Source: Octopus bimaculoides (Eukaryota). Taken from it: 64,000 nt of DNA. Shown piece by piece: positions 1 to 13,559 of the stretch (positions within the stretch are counted from its first letter, which is position 1; each line of letters starts with the position of its first letter). The stretch lies in NCBI RefSeq assembly GCF_001194135.2, contig NC_068983.1, positions 87,065,273 through 87,129,272 on the forward strand. The letters are read 5' to 3'. A program made the translations under genes and the position numbers. The notes under the pieces are model-generated. The model did no database searches. It had not been told where the DNA came from and saw only the letters and a program-made list of their open reading frames with translations.

Positions 1-838
1 CTGCTTGCATGACAGTGATACTTGATTACAACTATTACACAATGTCAAGACAAGGAGACAGTAACATACACACACACAAACACATACACATATATACATA
101 TGTACACGACAGGCTTCTTTCAGTTTCTATCTATCAAATCCATTCACAAGGCTTTAGTTGGCCTGGGGTTACAGTTGAAGACACTTGCCCAAGGTGCTAT
201 GCAGTGAGACTGAACCTGGAACCATGTGATTGGGAATAAAAATTCTTATCACACAGCCATACCTGCATCTTAATATTAAATAATTGCTAATAAATATTAA
301 ATAACCTATATCAAATAAAATAGTAGTTAAAATGAACACACAGACCCTGTTGACTAATGGTAAACACAACCACAATAACGGGAGGCAACTGCCAAAAATA
401 GACTGTTGAATCATAGTAGAGATCACTTGGCAACAAAGAGAGATCAGATTAGGACCATAATTAAGATAGATTAATTAAGACCAATTCATAACTGAGTCAG
501 ATTTCATCATCACTAAAAGATTATCAGCCAACAATAAATATATAGTCAAGGATGATAGACAATGTAAGTACTTTTAAATGACTCATCCTACTGCAACATG
601 TTATTAACATGATTTAGCTCTTTCAACCTCAATTTTAATTTAATTAAAAAAACAACTTAACTTCTTTAAAAGAGAGAAAGTACAGTAAAATGTCTAGACA
701 GTTAATTTACAAATAACAAGCAAAATAACAATCATGAATGTATATATATATATAAAAGGTTAAACTGCTCCAAACTATCTCTAGCCTATTTTTTTTGTTT
801 TTACTTAATTTTTGTTTTAAATTTTATTTCAATCTTAC

Positions 839-904
839 CTAATGCTGCATACTTCCAAGTTTGCTAGTTTATTCATTACTGTAATGTCAGATAAATCACA
901 AGAC
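839..904 (-). CDS. CFAP410: CFAP410/C21orf2-like, coding exon 2 (66 nt); gene continues left of the window
   Basis: Strong polypyrimidine-TAG acceptor and AG|GTAAG donor. Phase 2/2 matches exon 1. Encodes (W)SCDLSDITVMNKLANLEVCSI(S), similar to CFAP410 [22 protein letters not shown]. Confidence 0.85.
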
Positions 905-2423
905 CTAAAAAAGAAAAAAAAAAAAAAAGAAATAATAATAACAACAACAATAATAATAAATGAAGAAACTTTCAAGATACTAAGATCTGGAAATAGAGGT
1001 AATTTGAATGTGGAGCCTAAAAACAGAAACAATTCTTATTATAGTAGGCAGATTAGGTATGATAAAAACACATTCAGACAAATACATAACAAAAACACCA
1101 GGACTTACAAGTATATATAACATACAGAAAATAGCACTACTAGGCACTGCACACATCCTATATAAAACACTTTCGATACAGTGAAAATAAGAGTACCACA
1201 ACAAACCACAGTACATACCCAAGGTACACAGAGCTGTGCTTGGTAGTGCAGTGAAAGCACATGATAAAGATAAGATTACTGAATAATAATAATAAATGCC
1301 CAGATGCAATACCAGGCACTGGCTCTCATGGCTTCTGATGGAAGTGATATCAAGTATATGTTTTGTCTTAGTGTAAAAGAGAGGCTTGTCAGTTGTTTGA
1401 CCTTAACTAGTTGAGCACGTCTCTTGGTGGTTGACAATATGTGCATCTCTGATTATGAGCAGAAGTAGTGGGGGAGCATCATAGCCATGTGTTGAGAGGA
1501 ATTCTTTGGGGTTTGAATAATTTATCTCTGGAAACATGGGTATTTCATTCAACGTCCTTATTCAGGGTCCTTTTGAGTAGGATGGGCTACTAGACCTAAA
1601 GAAAATTCTAACAGGGCCCCATGTGCAAAGTTATGCACTGTTTATCTTGATATGAAATCACTATGTTGTGCACATATGGTTGTGATGCATGTGCCTGATG
1701 TACTTTTATCAGATGGGTACATTGGGCTTTGTATATTTGTACCCCAGTGTCACTTTGATGGCATGCACTGCTCTCTCACTCAATAATAATAATGATAATT
1801 TTAAATTTTGGCACAAAGCCAGCAGTTTTGGGGGAGGGGTAAGTCGATTACATCAACCTCAGTATTCAACTGGCACTTATTTTATCAATCCTGGTGGAAT
1901 TTGAACTCAGAATGTAACCACCTACACTTTTTTCTGCAAAATAGGGGTAGCTTATCCTGTTCAGGCTATATTATTAGCATTATCCTGCGATTGAGAATTT
2001 AAAAATCACTTCTTTAACATTATATTAAACTATAATTAAATTACAACAGTTATTATAATCCACTCTGCATTGTTGTGCCATTCAAGACACATTATATTTC
2101 ACAAACAATACACAATGCTTCTAGTGAACTACAATACTCTCTTAAAAATAATGTTTTTAGCATAGGTACAAGACCTGAAATTTGAAGGAAGGAGTAATTA
2201 GTCGATGATTGACAGGTACTTATTTTCTCAACCCTGAAAAAATGAAAGGCAAAGTTTATCTCAGTGGGATTTGAACTCAGAATGTTAAAGGCCAAATCAA
2301 ATACCACAAAGTATTTTGTCTATATTCAAATGATTCTGCCACTCCCATGTCCCATATAATAATAATGATATAAAAAGCTGATAACTTCACTATCAAAATT
2401 CTTAAATTTTACATATATAAAAA

Positions 2424-2790
2424 TACTAGACTACCTGTGACTCATTGGTTCAGCAGGAAACTCTGAGTTTCCCAGCAATGGAATTTTGTTTCCTGGAATT
2501 TTTCTTTTCCAGGTTATTTCAATGAATGTGACATTAAAAGGTTAGAGTTTCTTCCCTTTCAGGATGAAGTTAAATTCGAAACATTTTCCCATTATGCACC
2601 GTTTTGGGTATTTATACCCCGCAAACCCTGAATATCTCAATAACTGCTGCTCCAATTTAAGTATAACTTGTTTCATTAACATTTCAAGGTAAAGTCAATT
2701 CATAGTATTTTCCCATTATGCTCCAGTTTGGCTGGGTAACATTGCAAGCAAACAAACAAGATTCAAACTGACTTTTAATGTATTATAGAT
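2424..2790 (+). mobile_element. Possible Helitron-like non-autonomous element
   Basis: Begins tACTAGactacctgtgac and ends acaaacaaacaag...ttttaatgtattataGAT, a terminal pattern resembling invertebrate non-autonomous Helitrons. No TIR or TSD seen. Confidence 0.4.
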
Positions 2791-3101
2791 ATGTTTGTCT
2801 TCCATTGTGCTACATTTTTTTTGTATTTCCTTTCATTTTATTCCAGATACATGATTTGCAATAATTACCTATAGCATATTTCAAGTTTGACAGTTGATGG
2901 AATTCCACTGTTCTAGAATCTCACAAGAAATCATCTTCAATCAATGAATATCTAATTTGTCTCTGGTATTTACGTCTTCTTTGGTTGCCATGGTTACAAA
3001 CTAAAGGATTTAGCATCAGGAAAGCAATTAAGCCACTGCCAGCAATTTCATGTTCATTTTTTATTTTGGAAGAAAATAAATGAACACACACACACATATA
3101 C

Positions 3102-3143
<42 letters not shown>

Positions 3144-3239
3144 AAGAAATGGTAGTAGCTGCTCTCTCCAATGCTCATTCAGTGACCTTTTCTTTTTTCC
3201 TGTTACTGATATAAAACAGGAATGTATGGTTATGCAGTT

Positions 3240-3496
3240 CACAGGCATATGGCGTAGTGGTTAAGAGCGCGGGCTACTAACCCCAAGATTCCGAGTTCGA
3301 TTCACCGCAGCGACCTGATTAATAATAGTAATAATAATAAAAAAATAATAATAGTAACATCGTTAGGAATGAGAACCCAGGTTCGAAATTTCCCCAAGAC
3401 ACCTGATGAAGGCTGGAGGGTATATCAGCCGAAACGTTGTGTTAACAACAAACAAGATGAGGAAAAATATCCGTCAAATGTAAATAATGTAAATTC
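3240..3496 (+). mobile_element. tRNA-derived SINE containing a hammerhead ribozyme motif
   Basis: A-box TGGCGTAGTGG (3250-3260), B-box GAGTTCGATTC (3293-3303), a (TAA)n spacer and an AATGTAAAT x2 tail. Flanking 17-bp TSD tgtatggttatgca(g/c)tt at 3223-3239 and 3497-3513. Confidence 0.85.
3398..3443 (+). ncRNA. Minimal type I hammerhead ribozyme motif
   Basis: Stem I GACAC/GTGTT; core CTGATGA; stem II GGCTG/CAGCC with a 10-nt loop; GAAA; palindromic ACGT stem III; GUU cleavage triplet. Confidence 0.75.
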
Positions 3497-3789
3497 TGTA
3501 TGGTTATGCACTTACAAAGTTTGCTTTACACCAATATGATTCCTGGTTATGTCTCAATCTGTGACCTTTGGGCAAGTATCTTCTGCTATAATATGGAAAC
3601 CCATCATATATCATCATCATCGTTTTACATCTGCTTTCCATGCTGGTATGAGTTGGATGGGTTATTGCCTCTTCCCTAGATGGGCTAGGAACTCATTTAT
3701 AAGCTTCACTTTTGGCTTGGTTTTTACAGCCAGATGCTTTTTCTAATACTAACCATTCTACAGAGTATATTGGTTGCAGTCTGTCATAA

Positions 3790-4294
3790 CAGGGGTTTTC
3801 AAACTGTGGTCCGCGGACCACAGGGGGTCCGTAAGGACAAGACAGGGGGTCCGTGGACAGCAAATACTTTTTATGGGCAATCTGATTTTATATATGTTTT
3901 TTAATCGAAATCTTTTAATTGACAATAAACCTATTTGTTAAATACTGTTAAATAAATAAATGTAAAAATGTTATTTTAAGCAAATATTTATGTATAAATT
4001 TCATAAGTGTTTATGCAATCCTCAGTTATAATGGCAGCATAGAAGTGTGATTGAGAAGAGTAGACAGTGACTGAGCATGAGCGCTAGAAGCAGAAGTGAT
4101 AAAGGCAAGTACAAGAGAGACATGAGTGATAAGGGCAGGCAAACTAGAAAGACATGAGTGACAATGGCATGATGAATAAGAGAGTGATAATGGAGGTGGC
4201 GCTGAGTGAGAGGTGTGTTAGAGGGATGAGAGGCTGTCAAGGTAAAGCCTCAAATATAAAGGGGTCCGCAAGTCAAAAAGTTTGAAAACCCAGC
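3790..4294. mobile_element. hAT-type MITE carrying a copy of neighbouring DNA
   Basis: TIRs CAGGGGTTTTCAAACT / AGTTTGAAAACCCAG and internal GGGGTCC motifs. Segment 4014-4241 is duplicated at 4615-4842. TSD not clear. Confidence 0.75.
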
Positions 4295-5601
4295 ACTAGA
4301 AAGGGTGTTAAAATGTTGACAAGGTTAAAGGATCCTCACAGCCCTACACTTAACAGTGTAATGGGTGTATTTCTATTGTTGTTCCAGCACCAGAGAGGAT
4401 AGGGGTGAAAGACTGATGGATAGTAAGATGTGGATAAGTGGTGAGAGTGGATGTTAATACCAAATGGCCAGAAGGGGAGTGCAGGCAGTCCTTCAAGTAG
4501 ATATTTCAATATGATGAGAGAGATAGTGTGTTAGAGATAAAAGAGAGAAGGGCAGAAGTGTTGGAAAGAGGATCTGACAGGTCCTGTGGCATTCATGGTA
4601 AACCAGATATACACTGCAATCCTCAGTTATAATGGCAGCATAGAAGTGTGATTGAGAAGAGTAGACAGTGACTGAGCATGAGCGCTAGAAGCAGAAGTGA
4701 TAAAGGCAAGTACAAGAGAGACATGAGTGATAAGGGCAGGCAAACTAGAAAGACATGAGTGACAATGGCATGATGAATAAGAGAGTGATAATGGAGGTGG
4801 CGCTGAGTGAGAGGTGTGTTAGAGGGATGAGAGGCTGTCAAGTTCAGAGATGTAGCTTTGACAGTTCGTATATAAACATACATACAAGCATACACATATA
4901 CATACATATACCTAAAGGTACATGCCTATATATACATATCATCATCATCATCGTTTAACGTCTGCTTTCCATGCTAGCATGGGTTGGACGATTTGACTGA
5001 GGACTGGTGAAACCGGATGGCAACATCAGGCTCCAATCTGATTTGGCAGAGTTTCTACAGCTGGATGCCCTTCCTAACGCCAACCACTCAGAGAGTGTAG
5101 TGGGTGCTTTTACGTGTCACCCGCACGAAGGCCAGTCAGGCGATATATATATGTATACATACAAATTTTCACATCTGTTTCACCATTCCTGGATATGTTG
5201 GTGTGTTTTCTCCCACACAAAGTATAGTGCCAGTCAATGTCATCTTCTCCATGAAATGCAACAACTTAAGATCTGTCAACATTACTTTTCCCTCAGGCCC
5301 CTTCTTCAGTAAATTGTATTTGTTTTAACTCTGTGAGCACATGTGTATGTGTGTGTGTGTGAATGTTTTCTCCATGTATTTTCACACTGACACCTTTTGA
5401 GCAAGAGTGCATTTGTTTATGTTACTAGTATACAACACGCTCAGCAGTTTTATGTGAAGGCCAGTGGAATAAAAATACCTTACTTGTAAAATGTTGGTAA
5501 CTGGAAGAGTATCCAGTTGTAGAACTGCACTAATAAACCTCACCCAACCCATGCCAGCATGGAAAAAGTGGATGTAAATGATGATGTGATATACACATAT
5601 A

Positions 5602-5819
5602 CAAAGGGGTACTGAAAAGTTCTTGGCTTTAGGTAAAAGAAAATACAGGAGGATCAGTTAATTATGATTTTATTCAATATATTCACCTCTCAGATTCACA
5701 CACTTACTGTAGCAGTCTTTCAGATTTTCTAAGCCCTGTAAAAGAACTCAGATGGTTGGGCCTTCAACCAGGCTTTTTGTGATACTCTGAAAGCCAGGAA
5801 CTTTTCAGCCTCCCCCTCA
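5602..5819. mobile_element. mariner-type MITE
   Basis: ~29-bp imperfect TIRs (ggggtactgaaaagttcttggcttt / aaagccaggaacttttcagcctcccc) flanked by TA on both sides. Confidence 0.8.
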
Positions 5820-6059
5820 TACACATTTCAGAAGTATGTGGTTGAGGGAACATTGCCACTGTGTGGACATTGTCAGTTGGTGCTTTGTACTATAGTAGCA
5901 GGTTGGCCAATGCCTTGTGAGGGAAGTTTTGCATGGGTTCAGTCTCACTGCATGGTATTTTTGGCAAGTGTCTTCTACTATAGCCCTGGGCCAACCAAAG
6001 CCTTGGGAGTGGATTTGATTTGGTAGTAGAAATTTGAAAGAAGCCCATCATACACACAC

Positions 6060-6106
<47 letters not shown>

Positions 6107-8998
6107 CACACACAAAAATGTGTGTCAAGACATTATATGATGGCTGTAAATGAGCATTGTTCATTTCCGGTCTTCTGTGAAAAATATGTTTAGTTATGGA
6201 AAATATCATCTTGCTTGGAAACAGGAGAGGGTTGGGGATGGCATTCGACTATAAAAAATCTGCCTGAATGAATTCCATTTGGCCCATGCAAGCATAGAAA
6301 AGTGAATATTAAAAGATGATATATATATATAAAGAAGAGTTTGTTTATGTGTGTGTGCATATGTTCCTTATGCATTCAAAAACTTAGTTGCTGATTTTGA
6401 CATATGGGGTATCAAAAGATTCAGTAATCTTTTGGCTACCAAATAAACTTTTCTTTTACATATTTGCATTACAAAAATTTAACATTATAATCTTTCTATA
6501 AGTCAACTATTGTAAACAACATTTTATACCATGACAATGTCACATTTCCTATACGAGTGTGTAGTGTGCTTGCATGTTCATTATGTACGTTAGGCTGATG
6601 ACTGAGAAGTGTGAGTGTGTGTGAGGGTGTATGTGTCTGTCAGTATACATACATTTTTGTGATGACTGACACACATCTAAAGACAGCAACAGACACACAA
6701 AAGAACAGAGATAGGCCCGAGGTGTGCATGAATGTGTGTCTGACTTAGTATATATATGTGACTGTATAGCCCAACATTGAAACACCAATTTTAAAAGAGT
6801 TTAGTTTAGCTGCAGCCTAAACGCTGAAGGAACAACAACATTCACTTTGAAGTATCACTGTTTGGATTTTCCATTTCATCATGGAGAGTAGCAGTTTAAA
6901 CAGCATTAAAGATTATCACTACTTATGTGCTAAAATATTATTCTGGTTTTTATAACCAACATAAAAATTTGGCTGATTTGACAGCACTCAGAAATACATC
7001 TGAAAAAAAAAATGTTATTCTGGTTATTATAACAAATTTGGAAACTTGGCAAAGTAGAAAGCCTTAGTGGCTCTTTCAATATAATTACAGAAATGTTATT
7101 CCAGTCCTTATAACCAGTTTGACGATAATGCTTTTTCAAGTCCTACCATCCTTATCATATTCCTGCTATGCTGCTTTAACAGTGTTAGTATTCAACGCCG
7201 CACAACATTTTTACTACGTTATAATTTATTCTACAGCCTTACGCAGTTAAAATATATAGTAAGTGATATCAAATTAATTTATACCTTGCTACATACATCC
7301 TTCAGCAAAGGTTTTCAATTACCATAAAAACCCATGTAATTTGTGCACCTATGTAATTTACACAGGTGATTTTCTGGATAAAAATTGTTAAAAAAAGCTT
7401 CTACTCATGTGAAATTCGCACCCAAAAGTTTTCAGAATTGCCAATATGGCCAGGGAAAAGGTTTCCAATTTAGTTGTATTTAGCATAATTTTACTTACTT
7501 ATGATTAGATTGTATTAAATTTTCATTAAATAAAAATGATTTCTGTTTAACAGGTATCACATTGAAAGCGATTAAATTAAGAAGTGTTTGTATTGTTTCT
7601 AATAAACTTTATTTGACATTTCTTGCCCACAAGAGATTATGTCCAATTTTCTGTATGTCTTCTCAAATTATGATCACAGATGATAATTCTTATAAAAAAA
7701 GCTGATAAATACGCACAAGTGTTGCAAAATAAGTTTAATTACCAATTAAACATCAGCTTGGATGACACTTTACTCAACCGAAAGAGGCAGGTGATTGATC
7801 AAACTGATTATGTAAAACAGAATTCTGATTGGTCAAAAGTGTCTTCTTGTCTCAAGCTCTGATTTTCTGCCTATTATTGTTGGAACCTTTGATACAGAGT
7901 ATCGAAATTTTAATCCCTTTCCCACTGCACCCTGTATATATATATATATCATCATCATCATCTTTTAATGCTTGTTTTCCATTTGACAAGGGCTAGCAAG
8001 CCAGAAAACTGAATTGAGCTCTACTGTCTGCCTTGGCATGGTATTATGGCTGGATGCCCTTCCTATGCCAACCATTTTACAGGGTGTATTGGGTGTTTTC
8101 TGCATGGCACCAGCAACATCAGGGTCATGAAGTAACTTGCAAAGCAAATATATATATATATATATATATGAGTGAATGAATGAATAAAGGAAAGTAACAT
8201 TCAACACATTTGGTTGGAGTTATTTATGTTTAATAACCTTGACTCAGCTCCACATAACTTAAAGCTTTGTGGGCATGTCGGACATGTCTATCTTCTCAGA
8301 TATTCAAAGAAAGAGTAAGGGTTTGAAAGAAATTTAAAATGGCTTCTAGGTGTTTAGGCCTTTATTGGTCAGCTCACGTCATGTGGTATTAATGCTATTA
8401 AAAAGTAACACTAGTTATTTTCTATATTTTTAGGTCCTCGTGTTCAGACAGAATGTTGGTGTCCTTTTGAAGATGTGGCATAGTAATGTTCAGCAACACC
8501 AGCTCCTTGTATTGGGTACCACACATGGTGAAGTAAGTTGTTGGCATGAAATAGTGGCTCAGTCACTGAACACTGGTGGCAGCAGTCTTTACATAGTACT
8601 AACCGTTATAGCTGATGTTGCATGACCAACATGGATAGCTTGTCATCTACACAGACTGCAGGAATTAGATATCCTGCCCTTGTGTGCAGGTGAGTTAGGC
8701 CTAGGGTAATATATCTGGGCTGTTAGCAACCAGAAGCTTGAAGTTCACAAACAGGGTGCACACACACACATCAGCATCATCATAATTGTTTAATATTCAT
8801 TTTTTCTATGTTGGACAGAAGTCATTGAAGAAAGACTTGCTATGACTGAATGTCCTTTCTGTCACCAGCCCTCACTCATTCCTAAACAACTTGATAATTA
8901 TCCATGGCCAGATATGCTTCAAGAAGACACACTCACAGACTGGGAATGAACCTGAGACCACATGGTTCGGAGCAAACTTCTTATCTACACAGCCACAC

Positions 8999-9051
<53 letters not shown>

Positions 9052-10865
9052 TATATGCAACTTGCTGTAATTCCTGAATGACACACCTAATGAAAAATTA
9101 CCTTCACTCGTATAGTCACCATTCGCACAACTGATGCCTTTTTGTTAGAATCCTCTGCAAAAGATTGTGTAAGCTGTTCATTGTTTGATAAACCTTGCTT
9201 AGAAACAGGTAAGGGTTGGTGATAGGAAGGGCATCTGGTTTTACAAAAGTCTACCTTATGGACAGTGGACAGTAAACTGATGATGATAATGATGTATTAT
9301 ATATATCAATGACATATAACCCGAGACTTTTGGCAATATGCCATGCTTGAGAAGATGACCCATCAAGCCGATCAAACCAAGTGAAATCATAGTCATGACA
9401 GATACTGGTGTCATGCAACTGGCACCTGTACCAGTGGCATGTAACAGCACCCATTACATTCTTGGAGTGTTAGAAACCATGCCAAATCAGACTGGAGCTT
9501 GGTGTAGACCCTCAGCTTACTAACTCTGGTCAAACCATCCAACCCAATGGACGTTAAATGATGATGATAATGATGATATGCTTGCATGTTTATATCTGTG
9601 CAGTGAGAAGCAGTACAGTGAAACTTAAATATGCTGTAGTAACTCCCCATTACATTTTCACATTTTGTATCTTACAAGTACAATGAAATAAGTACCAGAC
9701 AAAATACTGGTACTGAAATAATCAAATAAAACAATGACTGGAAGCAGCAGAATAACTGAAAAAAGAAAAGTTATTATGTAAATGACTGATTAAAATCTGA
9801 AGCCAAAGTTATGAATAGAAAATGAAATATCTAACTTCCAGTAACATCAACATTGAAGCTAAGCCATTTAATTACTGTCTTCAGCAGTAATAATAAGTTA
9901 TTTCTATTTCAAAGATACCATCTACTTTATATTAAAGAATAAAAAGAAAGAAGAAAAGAAAAAACCTATTTGTGATGGTTAAACCTGCTTAAAATAGCAG
10001 TCAAATCTTCTACAGATTATACCTTATGGTACCCAATAATTCAGTCAAACCCTCAACTGGTACTTTATTTTATTGACGTCAAAAGAACAAGAGGCAAAGT
10101 TGATTTCGGTAGGATTTGAATGCAAAAAGCTGGAACAAAAATACCACATGGTATTTTGTTCTATGAACCCAGGACCACACATCGAATAAGAATACCTGTT
10201 GTTGATTGGCTTCTTTTATATTCTGTAGATTTCTTTATTGATTACGCTGTGGAGGATAATGTGCGTGCTATTTTAAATAGGGAATTTATCACTGATATTA
10301 TGTATTTGAATGAACATTTACTATCTTCATATAAGCATATGCATATATATATATGTGTCTTTGGTGGAAACGAACAAAAGGATTGCCCAGATGATAGCCT
10401 ATTTCCCAATGAAGTTGCAATGTGCTGTAGAATATAATGTTGGTGAATACGCAATTGAAGCAGTGAGTGATCTTAGGCTGGTGATTGTTGTGGTGTTACT
10501 GATGTAAGAACAGGTGTGGATGGCTTATACATGTAATGAGCTGAGCATACTTAAAAAGTATCTGGTTGGGTGTTGCTGGCAGTTAGAGATTTTCTAACTA
10601 AAAAGATTATGGAGATTTTAACAAAAATCTTTTTTGAAGGAGAGGTGGTGTTGGAAAGATCAGGGCAACTACAAGATCAGAAAGTAAGAGGGGAAAGGAT
10701 AAGTGAGTGGTGGTATAGTTGATGGCCTGGGTCTGCTGGAATGTGAGATACACAACTAATCAAAAGGTACCCACAAATGAAGAGGTTCTTCAGTTTAAGA
10801 GTAAATTGATGTTGCATAACTGGTGAAATCAGCAGAATTGAGAGAATGGAATAGTGGACCTAGAT

Positions 10866-11145
10866 CAGTGGTTCCCAAACTTTTTCAGGCTGCCACTCCC
10901 TTGGCACCTGGCCACATTCCTAGTGCCCCCCCCCCACCTCCTCATCACCACAAACATAGACCACTTTCTGCAGCAAATTCAAAACAAGTGTGCAGAAAAA
11001 TAAAACTTAACCTAATTAACCTATTTTTTTTTAACACCCACTGACCCTTTTTGGTCACCCCATTATCACTCTGCTTTTCTTCAATGCCCTCCTGGATCTT
11101 TCCACAGTCTCCAGGGGGCAGTACCACCCACTTTGGGAAACACTG
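10866..11145. mobile_element. hAT (Charlie-like) MITE
   Basis: TIRs CAGTGGTTCCCAAA / TTTGGGAAACACTG; imperfect 8-bp TSD acctagat / atctagag with a CTAG core. Confidence 0.8.
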
Positions 11146-13029
11146 ATCTAGAGTGTCAGTTACAGTAAGACTGAATTCTAGGGCATTATGAAATGAGTTA
11201 GTAAAAAGGATGAACTATCAAGTTGCTATATGGTTAGTGTGGTGATGTTCACATAGTTATTAGTGTAACAACTTCAAACTTCTGGATTGGATTCAATGAA
11301 ACAGGCAAATACTACAATACACTATAGTGTTACATCATTACACAACATATGGACCAATGTAGAAGTCTCTTTGTGTTTTCTCAACATGCTAGAAATAACA
11401 GCTAAGACTCCTGATAATTACCCTCCTTAGAGTGGTACTGAGTTCTCTACACAAAAGACAGGATGGTCATGGATGGAATGCCTTTGAACATAGGTCTGCT
11501 CAATCAGAGAAGCTTTACAGCTAAAAACCAACAATACTACATAATACACAGTTTTATATTCATTTTTATGATGAGTGAAATGGTTTTTGTTGGAGTCATT
11601 AACATTCTACAATTGGAGATGTTTTGATTAACACCTCACTATATAAAACGATGCAATGAATCTGTTTTATGTTACTCAAGTAAAGTTTGATAAGCAATAG
11701 TAGTAACAAGAAGGTTTGAACTCTTTTCTGTGTGGTCAGTTGTCTAATACTTCAACCTCACAGCTTCCCACAGGATAGTAAACCTAATCCATCAACCTGT
11801 TAGCATTACCACCAGGCTATTATGTACTTTTAGTAGAGGTGACTCTGCTGACATCATTCAAACCAGATTTCCCGTCTGAGGATAACTTGATGCCTTGATG
11901 TACTGACTCCTACAGCGGCAACTCCTGATTATGGTTCCTGCAACACTTTTCACCCTTGGAAGCCCTGCAAAAATTTATGGGAACTTCCAAGAGAGGCTTC
12001 TACACAGTCATTCAACTTCAAATTATATCCTTTAATCTTATTTAATAAGAAAAGGAATATCAAATAATACTGTCCTAGAATTTAAAAAGGCAGATGAGGT
12101 TAAAATATAGGTTTAAAATATTTATGTATGAGTATTGCTTGTTCCTCCCCAGATTAAATGACGCCATTCTACATGCACGCGCACAAACACACACACACAA
12201 AATATTTGAAACAAATTCCTAAATGGTCGAGTAGTCTGACATACTTAATCTGAAGAATTTCTTCATCTCAATGAACAACTCAGGTTACTGTAGAAACATG
12301 AATCAAATGAAGTACAGAAGACTTCAAGCCATACGGATGAATTTAAGTCGGATTGTGCTGTTTCTGTTTTAATGTAGTCTTAAGAGAGACTGTTTTTTTT
12401 CCCTTCTATCAAATGCACAGACACATTTGTGATTTTTGATATAGATTAGCAAAGACAAAAATAAATATTATGAAAAGGAAATTAAAAAAATAAAATCTCA
12501 CAAATACACACTGATAAAAATATCACACACAGACATGTATTTATTTATCAATCCCTCTCTCTATGAATGTATGTCTGTGTGTTTGTGAGTACATCATCAG
12601 TTGTGTACATCAGGTGATGAAGGATAGCAACAAGTGGCAAAAGGCCATGCTAAATAAGATCCACCCAACCCATAGCAGAATTATAAATTGAACATGATGA
12701 ATTAACGATGATGATGACTCATAAGCATCAATATCTTATTTTGAAGTGATAACTACTATCATTAACACTACAACCACCACCATCATCAGTGACAACAAGC
12801 CAATGAGAGTACTGACATGGTTGTTTGATCTGGTAGCAATAGTAACTAAATCTCCCTCAAATCACATCCGATAGATTTAAATATGGAGAGCAGACAGTTC
12901 TTTTGTTTGAATTAATTATGAAAATAAAGAATTTAGTAAAATAACTCAGTCATTATTAAGCTGGGATCTGAAACAAATTAACATGGAATTTTGATGGAAG
13001 GCTTTAATTTAGATGCTTTTAATATAGGG

Positions 13030-13527
13030 AGTTTGTATCATGAATTCACTTTGCCAGAAATTTGGAAACGACATGCTGTACTGCTTGGCATACACACCGG
13101 AAGCTCCAATATGAACATTTCAGAGTGTTTGGGTGTCAATCTGAGGACATGTACTGAGAGTGATAAAAATCAAACATCTAGTCAACATCATGCTGTTTGG
13201 AGTGATCACTAGTGATCATGATGTTATACCTCCATTCATCGTCCCACACAGCCTCTGACTCAACATGGAAAGCCTACATCAAGTGTCCGGAGGAGGTAGT
13301 GCTGTCCTGGGTGAAGAGGGTGGCTGCTGGAAGACTATGTCTGGCAACAGGACTCTGCACCATGCCACACAAGTAGGAGAACCCAGTCATGGCTATCAGA
13401 TAATTTCTATGACTTCAGTATTTCAAGATATTTTTATGTAATTTTGGTAAATATATCTGTAACGAGATGTCAATGTTATTTTCATTTTTGCGTAATTCAG
13501 ATGACAGTTTATTCACCGCACCCTCTG
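13030..13527 (+). mobile_element. Truncated Tc1/mariner (maT-like) element, same family as 19989-20824
   Basis: Near-identical blocks shared with the second copy (WKRHAVLLGI..GSSNMNISECLGVNLRT; WQQDSAPCHT) and a matching right TIR. Confidence 0.75.
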
Positions 13528-13559
13528 TGTTTGTTTGCATATATATATATTGATAGTAT

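Noticed and set aside
3244-3316. tRNA gene
   Set aside because: It has A and B boxes and an anticodon-like arm, but no proper acceptor stem. It is the head of a TSD-bounded SINE.
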